Shown piece by piece: positions 1-10,328 of a stretch of DNA of 64,000 nucleotides. The stretch is from a virus: the IMG/VR virus record IMGVR_UViG_3300032313_001465, positions 1 to 64,000 of that record; one strand, written 5' to 3'. The position numbers were made by a program, and so were the translations under genes. The first letter of the stretch is position 1. Each line of letters begins with the position of its first letter. The notes under the pieces were generated by a model that had not been told where the DNA came from, searched no databases, and saw only the letters and a program-made list of their open reading frames with translations.

Positions 1-330
1 GAAGAAGTTCGTAAAGTATTAAACGAGGCTATGTCTTGGGACAAAAACACAATTAACAAATTTTTTGCATATTTGAAACGTCAGCACGGTATGAAAGCAG
101 TCCCTGAATTTAAAACAGATACCACAGGTTATGTTGAAATTCTTATGGGTGGTCCTGCATTTGATGCTAACTTTATGGTAGATGGAACTAATCTTATACT
201 TAAACCTGACTCCACTTCCGATACGACTGCTGCAGAGTTTCTTAGCGACATAAACTCAGATAATGAAAGAACAAAAAATACAGAATACAAATTCCAACAA
301 AAAGGAAGATCAGTTATTATAAGTTTATAA
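1..330 (+). CDS. 5'-truncated hypothetical protein with shared '...EEVRKVLNE' leader
   Basis: Frame 1 is open from base 1 and reads EEVRKVLNEA-MSWDK, matching the leader of 387..791 and 20582..20920, so the true start lies upstream of the window. Confidence 0.75.
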   Translation, partial: EEVRKVLNEAMSWDKNTINKFFAYLKRQHGMKAVPEFKTDTTGYVEILMGGPAFDANFMVDGTNLILKPDSTSDTTAAEFLSDINSDNERTKNTEYKFQQKGRSVIISL

Positions 331-386
331 TTCATTTAATAACAACATACGATAACAAATAAACAATCAAAAACAATCAAAAACAA

Positions 387-791
387 ATGAAAATTACAGA
401 ATTTAAAAAACTAATCAAAGAAGAAGTACGCAAAGTATTAAAAGAAAACAATTCTTTAACATTCGATAGAATCCAACAATATATAATGGGTGGAGGAAAG
501 GGCAATCTTGATTTAAATAATCTCTCAGTTACCTCATTACCAGATAATTTAAGGGTTAGAGGTACTCTTGATCTAGCAAATAATCCAATTACCACATTAC
601 CAGATGATCTATGGGTTAGTGTTGATCTTATTTTAATAAATACTAAAATTACCTCATTACCAAAGGGTCTAGAAGTTGGTGGTACTCTTTATTTAAGTAA
701 TACTCCAATAAGTAAAGAATATTCCAAGTATGAACTTGAAAAGATGGTTCCTGGAGTAAGACGAGTCATTGCTTATAACGAAAATTTCTAA
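387..791 (+). CDS. Short leucine-rich-repeat-like protein with MKITEFKKLIKEEVRKVLKE leader
   Basis: About four 20-aa repeats (LDLxNxxITSLPxxLxVxG), also visible as 60-bp DNA repeats. Confidence 0.75.
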   Translation: MKITEFKKLIKEEVRKVLKENNSLTFDRIQQYIMGGGKGNLDLNNLSVTSLPDNLRVRGTLDLANNPITTLPDDLWVSVDLILINTKITSLPKGLEVGGTLYLSNTPISKEYSKYELEKMVPGVRRVIAYNENF

Positions 792-867
792 ATATTTAAG
801 AGATTCATGCAAATATAAATAACAACATACGGAACTTAGGACCCGTTATAGTTACCCAACAGGTGAC

Positions 868-910
868 AAATCCGAACAAAGTATCGCTACCTAGTTCGGA
901 TTTCCTTTTT
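868..910 (+). terminator. Intrinsic terminator-like hairpin ending a candidate structured RNA
   Basis: AATCCGAAC...GTTCGGATT stem followed by TCCTTTTT. Confidence 0.6.
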
Positions 911-974
911 CATCAAGAATATTTGGTTATCTGAGGTAATTATATTATCATTATCAGAATAAAGGTTATAAAGT

Positions 975-2234
975 ATGTTTTATATTATTGAGAATTATGA
1001 ACAATTAAAGGAATTTTACTACAAGGAAATTGAGGAAGCATTTGTAGAAATAATTCCATTTAATGATCATATTCATCCAACAATAAACAATGTATCTTTA
1101 ATTTATATTAGACCAATAAACGATAATAAAGGTTATATATTGTGTGTAGAACATAATGATACATTACAATTAAGTATAAACGATATAACAACGATTCTTA
1201 ATAAGATCAATAAAATATATGTACGAGATAAAAAGGAGTTTTTACACTACCTTATACACCCGAATATAGTTGATATCACATTAGAACACATTTATGAGAG
1301 ACCCACAACCTCAGCTCATGATTATTTTTATCGTAATTATCAACATATTGATGATCTTAATAAGATTATACCTATATCCAAACATTATGAAGTTTGTGAA
1401 AAAATATTTAACGATTTAAAAGAAAAAATAAATGAACCAATTAACTTATTTTATAACGATAAAGCATCCTTGGTGTTTAACGCAATTGAACGGAATGGTT
1501 TACGAATACAAAGAGAAAAATTCAAAGACCACTTCTATCATGTTGATGCCGACTACATATATAGTCAATACAACTTTAAGACTACAACAAGAAGACCAGC
1601 CAACAGATTTGGGGGTGTAAATTATGCTGCCTTAAATAAGGAGAACGGAAGTAGAGAAGTATTTATCCCTAGAAATGATAAACTAGTAGAAATAGATCTA
1701 TCAGCATTTCATCCCACATTAATTAGTAAACTTATGGGTTATGATTTTGGAGATAAGAACATATACCATGAAATTGAAGAAGAATGTAATGTAAGTTATG
1801 ATGATGCCAAAAAGATAGTATTTAAAAACCTTAATGGTAATATTTTTGAAGAATACAAAAATGTAGAATTTTTCTCCCGTCTTCAACATTTCAAAGATAA
1901 ATTATGGGAACAATTCCAAAATGAAGGATTTATTGAAGATAAAACAAGTGGATGGAAGTTTTACAAAGATAAATTGGAAAATATGAACCCAAACAAGCTA
2001 CTAAATTATCTACTTCAGACGACTGAAACTTCAACAAATATTAACATTATATGGGATATGTTGAAAATATTAAGAGGTAAAAATACAAAACTAATACTTT
2101 TTACTTACGATGCATTTTTATTGGATTTGGATGAAGATGAAGAAGATTTGATAAATAAAATATTGGAAATATTTAAAACATATAAATTCGATGTCAAAAT
2201 TAAAACAGGTTACAATTACAATAATTTAAAATAA
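975..2234 (+). CDS. Small divergent family A DNA polymerase-like protein
   Basis: TTRRPAN, motif A-like EIDLSAFHP, motif B-like AKKIVFKNLNG, LNYLLQ, motif C-like LFTYDAFLLD. Confidence 0.7.
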   Translation: MFYIIENYEQLKEFYYKEIEEAFVEIIPFNDHIHPTINNVSLIYIRPINDNKGYILCVEHNDTLQLSINDITTILNKINKIYVRDKKEFLHYLIHPNIVDITLEHIYERPTTSAHDYFYRNYQHIDDLNKIIPISKHYEVCEKIFNDLKEKINEPINLFYNDKASLVFNAIERNGLRIQREKFKDHFYHVDADYIYSQYNFKTTTRRPANRFGGVNYAALNKENGSREVFIPRNDKLVEIDLSAFHPTLISKLMGYDFGDKNIYHEIEEECNVSYDDAKKIVFKNLNGNIFEEYKNVEFFSRLQHFKDKLWEQFQNEGFIEDKTSGWKFYKDKLENMNPNKLLNYLLQTTETSTNINIIWDMLKILRGKNTKLILFTYDAFLLDLDEDEEDLINKILEIFKTYKFDVKIKTGYNYNNLK

Positions 2235-2239
2235 AATTT

Positions 2240-2710
2240 ATGAATCAAAACTCGATTTTTGATAGTTCTATTAATATGTATGATACGACATATGATTATG
2301 ACTTATACGACCCTAATATGAACATTCAAAACAAATTGTTTTGTACCTTTACTAAAGTAGATAAAATAGAGGACTTAATAGAATCGATTCAAAGTAAATA
2401 TAACGTATTATACGGGAAGATATTTGCATTGCATATCAAAACTAATGACGAGTATGTATTAACATATAATATTGAACTTGGAAATTTATCTGATATTCCT
2501 GAGAACACTATCCTAGTTCATAGAAAAAAAGAAACAAATAGTTTATACTCAATAAACGCCCTAAACCAACTCATTAAAAGTCTAAATAATGGAATGTTAG
2601 ATTCTAAATTCGTTATAGACTGGAACAACTACAGAAATTGTATTTTGTTAACTCAACAGGGGGAATTAAAAAGGCTAGATACTAAAATTTATAAGATTAT
2701 TAGTCTGTAA
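2240..2710 (+). CDS. Hypothetical protein
   Basis: 156-aa ORF between the PolA-like and SSB genes. Confidence 0.7.
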   Translation: MNQNSIFDSSINMYDTTYDYDLYDPNMNIQNKLFCTFTKVDKIEDLIESIQSKYNVLYGKIFALHIKTNDEYVLTYNIELGNLSDIPENTILVHRKKETNSLYSINALNQLIKSLNNGMLDSKFVIDWNNYRNCILLTQQGELKRLDTKIYKIISL

Positions 2711-2773
2711 ATTTGGCTTCTAAAAAATAGGTTATTACATTAAATATATTATAAACAAAAAAAGTTATTAAAC

Positions 2774-3604
2774 ATGGATTTAAACACAATTAGACAAAAG
2801 CTTTCTAATATGAATTCAAAGAACAACAAAGGTGGTTCTAAAGTGGATTATGAAAAATTATATTGGAAGCCATCCATTGGAAAACAAACAATTAGAATTG
2901 TTCCTTCCAAATTCGACGACAAATCACCATTTAAAGAATTGTTCTTTTATTATGGTATTGGAAACAAGATGATGCTTTCTCCACTTTCTTGGGGTGAAAA
3001 AGATCCAATTGCTGAATTCGTAAAACAATTACGTAAATCAAGCGACAAAGAAGATTGGAGATTAGCTAAAAAATTAGAACCGAAGTTAAGAGTATTCGCT
3101 CCTGTAATTGTACGTGGTGAAGAAGATAAAGGAGTTCGTTTATGGCAATTTGGTAAAGAAGTATACATGGAATTTTTATCAATGGCTGACGATGAAGATA
3201 TTCAGGATTTTACTGACGTTGCAGAAGGTAGAGATTTTACAGTAGATACAGTAGGACCAGATACTACAGGAACCGCTTATAATAAATCATCTATTCGTCC
3301 TAAAACTAAAATTTCCCCTCTAGCTTCAACTAAGGAAGAAATTGAAAAATATCTAAACAACCAACCTGATCCATCTGAAGCATTTAAACGTTATACATTT
3401 GATGAAATGAAAAGTGCATTACAAAGTTGGTTAGCACCTGATGAAGATGGTGGAGAGGAGGAAGATGAAGAAGAAGTAATTCCACCAACAACAGATTTAC
3501 CTTGGGACAAACCTACAGTAAAATCTAAGCCAGCATCAAATTATACTTTATCTACTAAAAAAGATAATAAGTCAAAATTTGATGATTTGTTTGAAAAAGA
3601 CTAA
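2774..3604 (+). CDS. Single-stranded DNA-binding protein (T4 gp32-like)
   Basis: YWKP...IRIVP, GRDFTV motif, acidic C-terminus ending FDDLFEKD, located before the recombinase. Confidence 0.75.
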   Translation: MDLNTIRQKLSNMNSKNNKGGSKVDYEKLYWKPSIGKQTIRIVPSKFDDKSPFKELFFYYGIGNKMMLSPLSWGEKDPIAEFVKQLRKSSDKEDWRLAKKLEPKLRVFAPVIVRGEEDKGVRLWQFGKEVYMEFLSMADDEDIQDFTDVAEGRDFTVDTVGPDTTGTAYNKSSIRPKTKISPLASTKEEIEKYLNNQPDPSEAFKRYTFDEMKSALQSWLAPDEDGGEEEDEEEVIPPTTDLPWDKPTVKSKPASNYTLSTKKDNKSKFDDLFEKD

Positions 3605-3649
3605 TAACAATTAGGGGGTGATTTAGCCCCCATTTAAAACTAAAAATTT

Positions 3650-4738
3650 ATGGCAAAAACAAAAAAGTCGCTTACAGAAGCGGTAGGGGAAGAACTTAAG
3701 TCAAAATTCTCACTTGATAAATTCAAGGAGAAAAAAGGATTAGACAATAATGTAAAGTTCAAAGAACAGAAATTTATCCCATTCAGTAAACCTATTCAAG
3801 ATGCTCTTTCTATAGAAGGAATTCCAATGGGTCATTTAACTATAGCTAGGGGAAGATCAGACTCTGGTAAAACAACACTATTAATTGAGACAGCTATAAA
3901 TGCTCAAAAACAAGGAATTCTTCCTATATTCATAATAACTGAAATGAAGTGGGATTTTGAACATGCTGCTCAAATGGGATTTGAATTAAATAGAATAATA
4001 GATCCCGAGGATCCAACAAATATAAATTATGAAGGTTTTTTTATGTATGTAGATAGATCAACAATTAATGTTATAGAAGATGTATCAGCATTTATATTGG
4101 ATATATTAGATGAACAAAAGAAAGGGAATTTACCTTATGATCTTTGCTTTTTATGGGACTCCGTTGGTTCAATTCCATGTAAAATGAGTGTTGAAGCTAA
4201 AAGTAACAACCCTCAATGGAATGCAGGAGCTATGGCTACTCAATTTGGTAATTTTGTGAATCAAAAATTCACAATGTCTCGTAAATCTAATTATCCTTAT
4301 ACAAATACATTCTTTATTATTAATAAAGTTGGAGTACAACCCGCTGAATCACCCATGGGAAGGCCAAAAATGACAAATAAAGGAGGAGATGCTATGTATT
4401 GGGATGCGACTTTGGTAATAACCTTTGGTAATATAACTAATAGTGGAACATCTAAAATCAAAGCTGTTAAAGATAAAAAGAATGTAGAATTTGCTAAAAG
4501 AACCAAAATAGCAATAGATAAAATTCACACAGGAATAGGAATAGCTACTCAATCAACAGTAATTGTTACTCCTCATGGTTTTATTCCTGATACCGATAAT
4601 TCAATAGCTAAATATAAAAAAGAATATTCACGTAATTGGTTTGAAGAAGTAGATGGGGATATATTGATTGTTGAAGACTCGAGTGAGTGGGATGAAAGAG
4701 AAAATATTTCTGATATATTGGAATCTATTAAAGAATAG
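3650..4738 (+). CDS. uvsX: RecA/UvsX-like recombinase
   Basis: GIPMG, Walker A GRSDSGKT, Walker B LWDSVG, GGDAM. Confidence 0.85.
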   Translation: MAKTKKSLTEAVGEELKSKFSLDKFKEKKGLDNNVKFKEQKFIPFSKPIQDALSIEGIPMGHLTIARGRSDSGKTTLLIETAINAQKQGILPIFIITEMKWDFEHAAQMGFELNRIIDPEDPTNINYEGFFMYVDRSTINVIEDVSAFILDILDEQKKGNLPYDLCFLWDSVGSIPCKMSVEAKSNNPQWNAGAMATQFGNFVNQKFTMSRKSNYPYTNTFFIINKVGVQPAESPMGRPKMTNKGGDAMYWDATLVITFGNITNSGTSKIKAVKDKKNVEFAKRTKIAIDKIHTGIGIATQSTVIVTPHGFIPDTDNSIAKYKKEYSRNWFEEVDGDILIVEDSSEWDERENISDILESIKE

Positions 4739-4739
4739 T

Positions 4740-5768
4740 ATGAAAAATAAAAATTTACTTAAACTCTTGAATGAAGTCCAAGAAAACACAGACTCAATTC
4801 CTAATAAACATGAAAGAGTACTATTAATTGATGGTCTCAATCTATTTTTTAGAAACTTTGCAATTTTAAATCTAATAAATAGTCATGGGGTTCATATCGG
4901 GGGTTTAGGTGGTTTTCTTAGATCATTAGGAACCTTAGTTAAGGAAATAAAACCTACATCTGTATATGTTGTTTTTGATGGACCTGGATCTTCAGCAAGT
5001 CGAAAAAATATGATTCCTGAATATAAATCAAGTCGAAATATTAATAGAATTACTAATTGGGATATTTTTGATGATATTGAGGAAGAACATGATTCTAAAA
5101 TTAATCAAATAGTACGTTTGATGCATTATTTGGGATGTTTACCTATTAAAGTACTAAGTATTCCTAAAGTAGAAGCAGATGATATTTTAGCTTGTTTGAG
5201 TCAACAGATATCATCAAATCCAAATAATAAATCATTTATAGTATCCGCAGATAAAGACTTCCTCCAGCTAGTCACCAATAACATCACAGTCTATCGTCCC
5301 GTTGAAAAAGAATATTATACGCCACAGACTGTAATTGATAAGTTTCAACTTACACCACATAACTTTATCTTACAAAAAACATTACTTGGAGACAATTCAG
5401 ATAATGTTAAAGGAATTAAGGGGTTAGGTGAGAAGGGACTTTTAAAAAAATTCCCGGAATTAAAAGAAAGAAATTTATCACTTCAAGATATATTTGATAT
5501 ATGTGAAGAAAAACTTAAAGACCATGTTGTATATGCTCGAATATTAATGGAGCGAAATGAGATAGAGAGCAAATATAAAGTTATGGATCTAAGTAAACCT
5601 TTAGTAAGTGAACAGGATATAGAAGATCTACAATCAATAATTGAAGATGATGAATTATCTTTTGAACCCGAAGAATTTGTACGAATGTATAATGAAGACG
5701 AATTGGGGAAAATAATTAAAAATGTAGATTTTTGGATTAAAGAAAATTTTTTATATTTAAAAAAATAG
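4740..5768 (+). CDS. 5'-3' exonuclease / flap endonuclease (T4 RNase H-like)
   Basis: LIDGLN, VFDG, YKSSR, EADD, SADKDF, GDNSDNVKGIKGLGEK; ATG start placed at 4740. Confidence 0.9.
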   Translation: MKNKNLLKLLNEVQENTDSIPNKHERVLLIDGLNLFFRNFAILNLINSHGVHIGGLGGFLRSLGTLVKEIKPTSVYVVFDGPGSSASRKNMIPEYKSSRNINRITNWDIFDDIEEEHDSKINQIVRLMHYLGCLPIKVLSIPKVEADDILACLSQQISSNPNNKSFIVSADKDFLQLVTNNITVYRPVEKEYYTPQTVIDKFQLTPHNFILQKTLLGDNSDNVKGIKGLGEKGLLKKFPELKERNLSLQDIFDICEEKLKDHVVYARILMERNEIESKYKVMDLSKPLVSEQDIEDLQSIIEDDELSFEPEEFVRMYNEDELGKIIKNVDFWIKENFLYLKK

Positions 5769-5778
5769 AACAAAAGTT

Positions 5779-7149
5779 ATGACAACAACAAGATTAAATT
5801 CTTTAGAGGAATACGGGCCTTCTTTCCAAACTAAAGTAATATCTTCACTACTAACACATAAGAAATTTTTACTATCAATACATGATGTTTTAACTGATGA
5901 ATACTTCAGTACACAAGCATCAAAATGGATTGTAGGTCAAATTTTAAGATATTATAGTGAATATCACTGCCCACCAACAATGGAAGTTCTAAAAGTAGAA
6001 ATGAAGAAAATTACAAACGATGTACTTCAAATTGCTATTAAAGAACAATTAAAACAATCTTATTCAGCCTCTGAAGATGATTTAGAATACATTGAAAATG
6101 AATTCTCAGGCTTCTGTAAAAATCAACAATTAAAAAGAGCATTACTAGATTCAGTAGACTTACTTAAGGGTGGGGAATATGATTCTATTAGATTTTTAAT
6201 TGATAGTGCTCTTAAAGCGGGTCAAGATAAAAATATAGGTCATGAATACGATAAAGATACTGAATCCAGATATCGTGAAGAAAATAGAATTATTATCCCT
6301 ACTCCTTGGGATAAAATAAATGAATTAATACAGGGTGGATTAGGAAATGGAGATTTTGGTTTAGTATTTGGTAATCCTGGAGGTGGTAAGTCATGGGCTT
6401 TAGTAGCATTAGGAGGATGTGCTGTCCAATTAGGATATAATGTAGTACACTATACTTTAGAATTAGGAGAAGATTATGTTGGAAAAAGATATGATGCTTT
6501 CTTTACGGGTATTCCTGTAGATAAACTTAAAAATTTTAAATCAAAAGTTCAAGAAACGATAGTTGAACTCCCAGGTAAATTAATTATAAAAGAATACACA
6601 CCTGGAAAGGCTAGTATTTCTACTTTAGAGAGCCACATTAAAAAATGTGAGGATTTAGGTTTTAAAGTAGATTTAATAATTATAGATTACGTTGACTTAC
6701 TTTCATCAAAAAGAAAAAATAGGGAGAGAAAAGATGAAATTGATGATATTTATATCAGTACTAAAGGATTAGCTCGAGAATTAAATCTACCTGTATGGTC
6801 AGTATCACAGGTTAATAGAACTGGAGCTAAAGAAAATATTATAGAAGGCACAGCAGCGGCCGGAAGTTATGATAAAATTATGATTTCTGATCTATGCTTA
6901 ACCCTCTCAAGAAAAAAAGAAGACAAAGTTAACGGAACCGGTAGAATTCACGTTATGAAAAATAGATATGGAGCGGATGGTATGACTTATAATGCCAAGA
7001 TAGACACATCTAGAGGATATATAGAAATTGAAGACGAATATAATGAGGATGATGAAGACACTAAACCAGCCGTTAAAAAGTTTGATAGTGACTTTGATAA
7101 ATTTGATAAACAGCTTTTAAAAAATAAATTTTTTGAATTAAATAAATAA
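5779..7149 (+). CDS. Replicative DnaB-like helicase (gp41-like)
   Basis: GNPGGGKS, TLEL, IIIDYVD, SQVNR, KNRYG. Confidence 0.9.
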   Translation: MTTTRLNSLEEYGPSFQTKVISSLLTHKKFLLSIHDVLTDEYFSTQASKWIVGQILRYYSEYHCPPTMEVLKVEMKKITNDVLQIAIKEQLKQSYSASEDDLEYIENEFSGFCKNQQLKRALLDSVDLLKGGEYDSIRFLIDSALKAGQDKNIGHEYDKDTESRYREENRIIIPTPWDKINELIQGGLGNGDFGLVFGNPGGGKSWALVALGGCAVQLGYNVVHYTLELGEDYVGKRYDAFFTGIPVDKLKNFKSKVQETIVELPGKLIIKEYTPGKASISTLESHIKKCEDLGFKVDLIIIDYVDLLSSKRKNRERKDEIDDIYISTKGLARELNLPVWSVSQVNRTGAKENIIEGTAAAGSYDKIMISDLCLTLSRKKEDKVNGTGRIHVMKNRYGADGMTYNAKIDTSRGYIEIEDEYNEDDEDTKPAVKKFDSDFDKFDKQLLKNKFFELNK

Positions 7150-7157
7150 TAAAATAA

Positions 7158-10085
7158 ATGAATACAGAAACCCGAATCCTATCCGAAGTTACTACTTACC
7201 TCAAATACTCTAAGTATGTTCCCGACTTTCAAAGAAGAGAAACATGGGGAGAACTAGTAACAAGAAACAAACAAATGCATCAAGGTAAATTTCCTCAACT
7301 ACATGATGAAATAGAAGAAGCATACAAATTGGTATATGATAAAAAAGTATTACCATCCATGAGAAGCTTACAATTTGCTGGAAAGCCTATTGAACTAAAC
7401 AATTCTCGCATTTTTAACTGCTCATATATGCCTATCGATAATTGGAGGGCATTTAGCGAAATTATGTTTTTATTATTATCGGGATGTGGAGTAGGTTATA
7501 GTGTTCAACTTCATCACATAGAATCTCTTCCTGAGATTACAATTCCTGTTAAACATAAACGTTATTTAGTAGGTGATAGTATTGAAGGATGGGCAGACGC
7601 TATTCGAATGTTATGTAAAGCATATTTTAATGGAGGATCTCTTCCAATATTTGATTTTAGAGATATTAGACCAAAAGGAGCTCAATTAATTACAGTAGGA
7701 GGAAAAGCACCTGGTCCTGAACCTTTAAAAGAATGTTTATTTCAATTACAAAAAATTCTTGATCGTAAAGGAAATGGTAGCAGATTAACATCAGTAGAAG
7801 CTCATGATATGGCATGTCATATTGCGGATGCTGTATTAAGTGGAGGAATAAGAAGAGCAGCATTAATAGCTTTATTTAATTTAAATGATGAAGATATGTT
7901 GACTTGTAAGTTTGGAAATTGGTGGGAAGAAAACCCACAACGTGGACGAGCAAATAACTCAGCAGTATTATTACGTCATAAAATTGATCAAGAAGAATTC
8001 CTTAAACTGTGGAAAAAAATAGAACTAAGCAACTCAGGAGAACCTGGTGTTTATTTTAGTAATGATAAAGATTGGGGAACTAACCCTTCATTAAGAGCAG
8101 GTACTAAAGTAATGACTACAGATGGAATAATTAACATTGAAGAATTACAAGATAAAACATTCAAAGTTAAAAATCTAAATGGAGATGTAAGTGATGCTAA
8201 GTGTTGGTTATCAGGGAAAGAAAAGCAACTATATGAAATAACATTAAAGGGAGGACATAAATATTGGTCAACCCCAGAACATGAATGGCCAATTTGGGAT
8301 GGAAAAACGTGGGTAAAATATTCAACAGATAAAATTACTAAAGGAATGAAATTGCCTGTTTTAAAGCAAAATTCACTATTCAATGGTTCTTTAGGAACAT
8401 ATAGCGATGGATTTGTTTTGGGGTGGTGTTTAGGGGATGGTAATTTATCTACTTCTAATGTTGGAAAAAAACAACTAGGTTTCGTATTTTCAAAAGAAGA
8501 TCAAATATTAGGAATATCTGAAAAAATAATAGAGTTTTTAAATAAAATAGGAGAAACAAACATTAAAGGTCATCAACATAAGCACGGTACTTTAGAAATT
8601 CAAACTACAAATAGTAAAATAATAAAATATTTTGAACATTTTGGATTTATTCATAAATCTAAAGGATTACCAACAAAAATATGGAAAGAAGGATCTGAAG
8701 AATTCATTAAAGGAATTATAAGTGGGTTAATAAGTTCTGATGGTTCGATATCTAGTAATAAATCCAAAAGAATTACATTTAGTTCTTCATATGAAAAATT
8801 GATTAAGGATGTATCCGAATTGTTAGGATTTTATGGGATAAAAACCTCTATATATGAAAGAATAACTGAAGGTAGTTTTCCTAACAAGAAATATAATGGA
8901 AAACTATATAAAGGATATTCATTGGTTATAAATTCAAATGATTCTTTAAGACATTTTTATAAAATATTTTCATTAGAACACTCAATTAAACAAGAAAAAT
9001 TAAATAATTTAATACAATCTTTAAAGAAAGCTAATAATAGGAATGAAAATACATTAGAAATAATAGACATTAAATTATCCGAAATAAAAGAAGATGTTTG
9101 GGACATTAGCGTTTCAGATAAAACACACTGTTTTCAGATTGCCCATGTTATAACAGGAAATTGTTGTGAGATTGCACTTAGACCTTTTCAATTTTGTAAC
9201 CTTTGTGAAGTAAATGTTTCGGATATTGTAGATCAAGAAGATTTAGATAATAGAGTAAAAGTGGCAGCATTCATTGGGACTTTACAAGCAGCATATACCG
9301 ATTTTCATTATTTAAGAGATATTTGGAGAAAAACAACTGAAAAAGAAGCTTTACTTGGAGTTGGAATGACAGGAATAGCTTCAGGTACAGTATTAGGTTT
9401 GAATCTTAAAAAATCAGCAACTATAGCTAAAAATGAAAATGCTCGTGTTGCAGAAATTATTGGTACTAATAAAGCAGCTCGTGTAACTACAGTAAAACCA
9501 AGTGGTACTAGTTCATTAGTATTAGGATGTAGTAGTGGTATTCATAGCTGGCATGATAGATTCTATATTAGAAGAGTAAGAATCGGAAAAAACGAACCAA
9601 TATACTCATACTTAGCAGCAAATCACCCAGAATTAGTTGAAGATGATTTCTTTAAACCAACTATCCAAGCTGTTATTTCAATCCCACAAAAAGCACCTAA
9701 CAATGCTATTATTCGTAGTGAAGAAACAGCATTGGAATTATTAGAACGTGTTAAAAAATTCAATATTGAATGGGTAAAAGAAGGTCATCGTAAAGGAGCA
9801 AATACAAACAATGTATCTGCAACTATTTCTATTAAACCTGAAGAATGGAGTGAAGTAGGAGAATGGATGTGGGAAAATAAAAATACATTCAATGGGTTAT
9901 CAGTGTTGCCTTTCTCAGATCATACTTATGTTCAAAGTCCATTTGAAACTTGCACTGAAGAACAATTCAATGAAATGGTACAACACTTACATAATATTGA
10001 TTTAAGTAAGATAGTAGAATTTGATGATAATACTGTATTAGGGGATAGCGTTGCATGTGGAGCAGGAGGATGTGAAATCGTATAG
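7158..10085 (+). CDS. nrdJ: Class II (adenosylcobalamin-dependent) ribonucleotide reductase with intein
   Basis: LPSMR, FNCS, IRRAA, TNP|CCEI active-site loop, TVKPSGT, C-terminal CGAGGCEI; no small-subunit gene adjacent. Confidence 0.85.
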   Translation: MNTETRILSEVTTYLKYSKYVPDFQRRETWGELVTRNKQMHQGKFPQLHDEIEEAYKLVYDKKVLPSMRSLQFAGKPIELNNSRIFNCSYMPIDNWRAFSEIMFLLLSGCGVGYSVQLHHIESLPEITIPVKHKRYLVGDSIEGWADAIRMLCKAYFNGGSLPIFDFRDIRPKGAQLITVGGKAPGPEPLKECLFQLQKILDRKGNGSRLTSVEAHDMACHIADAVLSGGIRRAALIALFNLNDEDMLTCKFGNWWEENPQRGRANNSAVLLRHKIDQEEFLKLWKKIELSNSGEPGVYFSNDKDWGTNPSLRAGTKVMTTDGIINIEELQDKTFKVKNLNGDVSDAKCWLSGKEKQLYEITLKGGHKYWSTPEHEWPIWDGKTWVKYSTDKITKGMKLPVLKQNSLFNGSLGTYSDGFVLGWCLGDGNLSTSNVGKKQLGFVFSKEDQILGISEKIIEFLNKIGETNIKGHQHKHGTLEIQTTNSKIIKYFEHFGFIHKSKGLPTKIWKEGSEEFIKGIISGLISSDGSISSNKSKRITFSSSYEKLIKDVSELLGFYGIKTSIYERITEGSFPNKKYNGKLYKGYSLVINSNDSLRHFYKIFSLEHSIKQEKLNNLIQSLKKANNRNENTLEIIDIKLSEIKEDVWDISVSDKTHCFQIAHVITGNCCEIALRPFQFCNLCEVNVSDIVDQEDLDNRVKVAAFIGTLQAAYTDFHYLRDIWRKTTEKEALLGVGMTGIASGTVLGLNLKKSATIAKNENARVAEIIGTNKAARVTTVKPSGTSSLVLGCSSGIHSWHDRFYIRRVRIGKNEPIYSYLAANHPELVEDDFFKPTIQAVISIPQKAPNNAIIRSEETALELLERVKKFNIEWVKEGHRKGANTNNVSATISIKPEEWSEVGEWMWENKNTFNGLSVLPFSDHTYVQSPFETCTEEQFNEMVQHLHNIDLSKIVEFDDNTVLGDSVACGAGGCEIV
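8088..9161 (+). mobile_element. Intein (358 aa) with LAGLIDADG homing endonuclease in nrdJ
   Basis: Starts SLRAGTKV after TNP, contains TPEH block B, LGWCLGDG and ISGLISSDG motifs, VWDISV block F, ends TGN before +1 Cys. Confidence 0.9.
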
Positions 10086-10087
10086 AA

Positions 10088-10152
10088 GTCATATAAACGT
10101 CATATAAAACGTTTGGAGATTCTAGAATTTGTTCGTATATTTATACTATAAT
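10088..10152 (+). promoter_or_regulatory. GTCAT-box promoter, copy 1 of 13
   Basis: GTCAT-N6-GTCAT-N9-TTGG-N17-CGTATATT. Confidence 0.75.
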
Positions 10153-10166
10153 AAAAATTAAATAAT

Positions 10167-10328
10167 ATGGACAAAGATCAAGAAAAACAACCAGCACAGT
10201 ATGAACAACCAACTCCATACGAACAAGAAGAATTTGATGAAATAATCAAACAATACGTATCGGATCACGAAGATTCAGAAATAGGACTTCAATATTATGA
10301 ACTTATTCAATCCATTAATTACAACTAA
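10167..10328 (+). CDS. Small acidic hypothetical protein (53 aa, not in ORF track)
   Basis: MDKDQEKQPAQ...INYN*, directly after the promoter; stop overlaps the next ATG. Confidence 0.6.
   Translation: MDKDQEKQPAQYEQPTPYEQEEFDEIIKQYVSDHEDSEIGLQYYELIQSINYN

Noticed and set aside
361-386. AAACAATCAAA tandem repeat (similar sequence near 63765)
   Set aside because: Low-complexity A-rich translation leader; no evidence of a separate function
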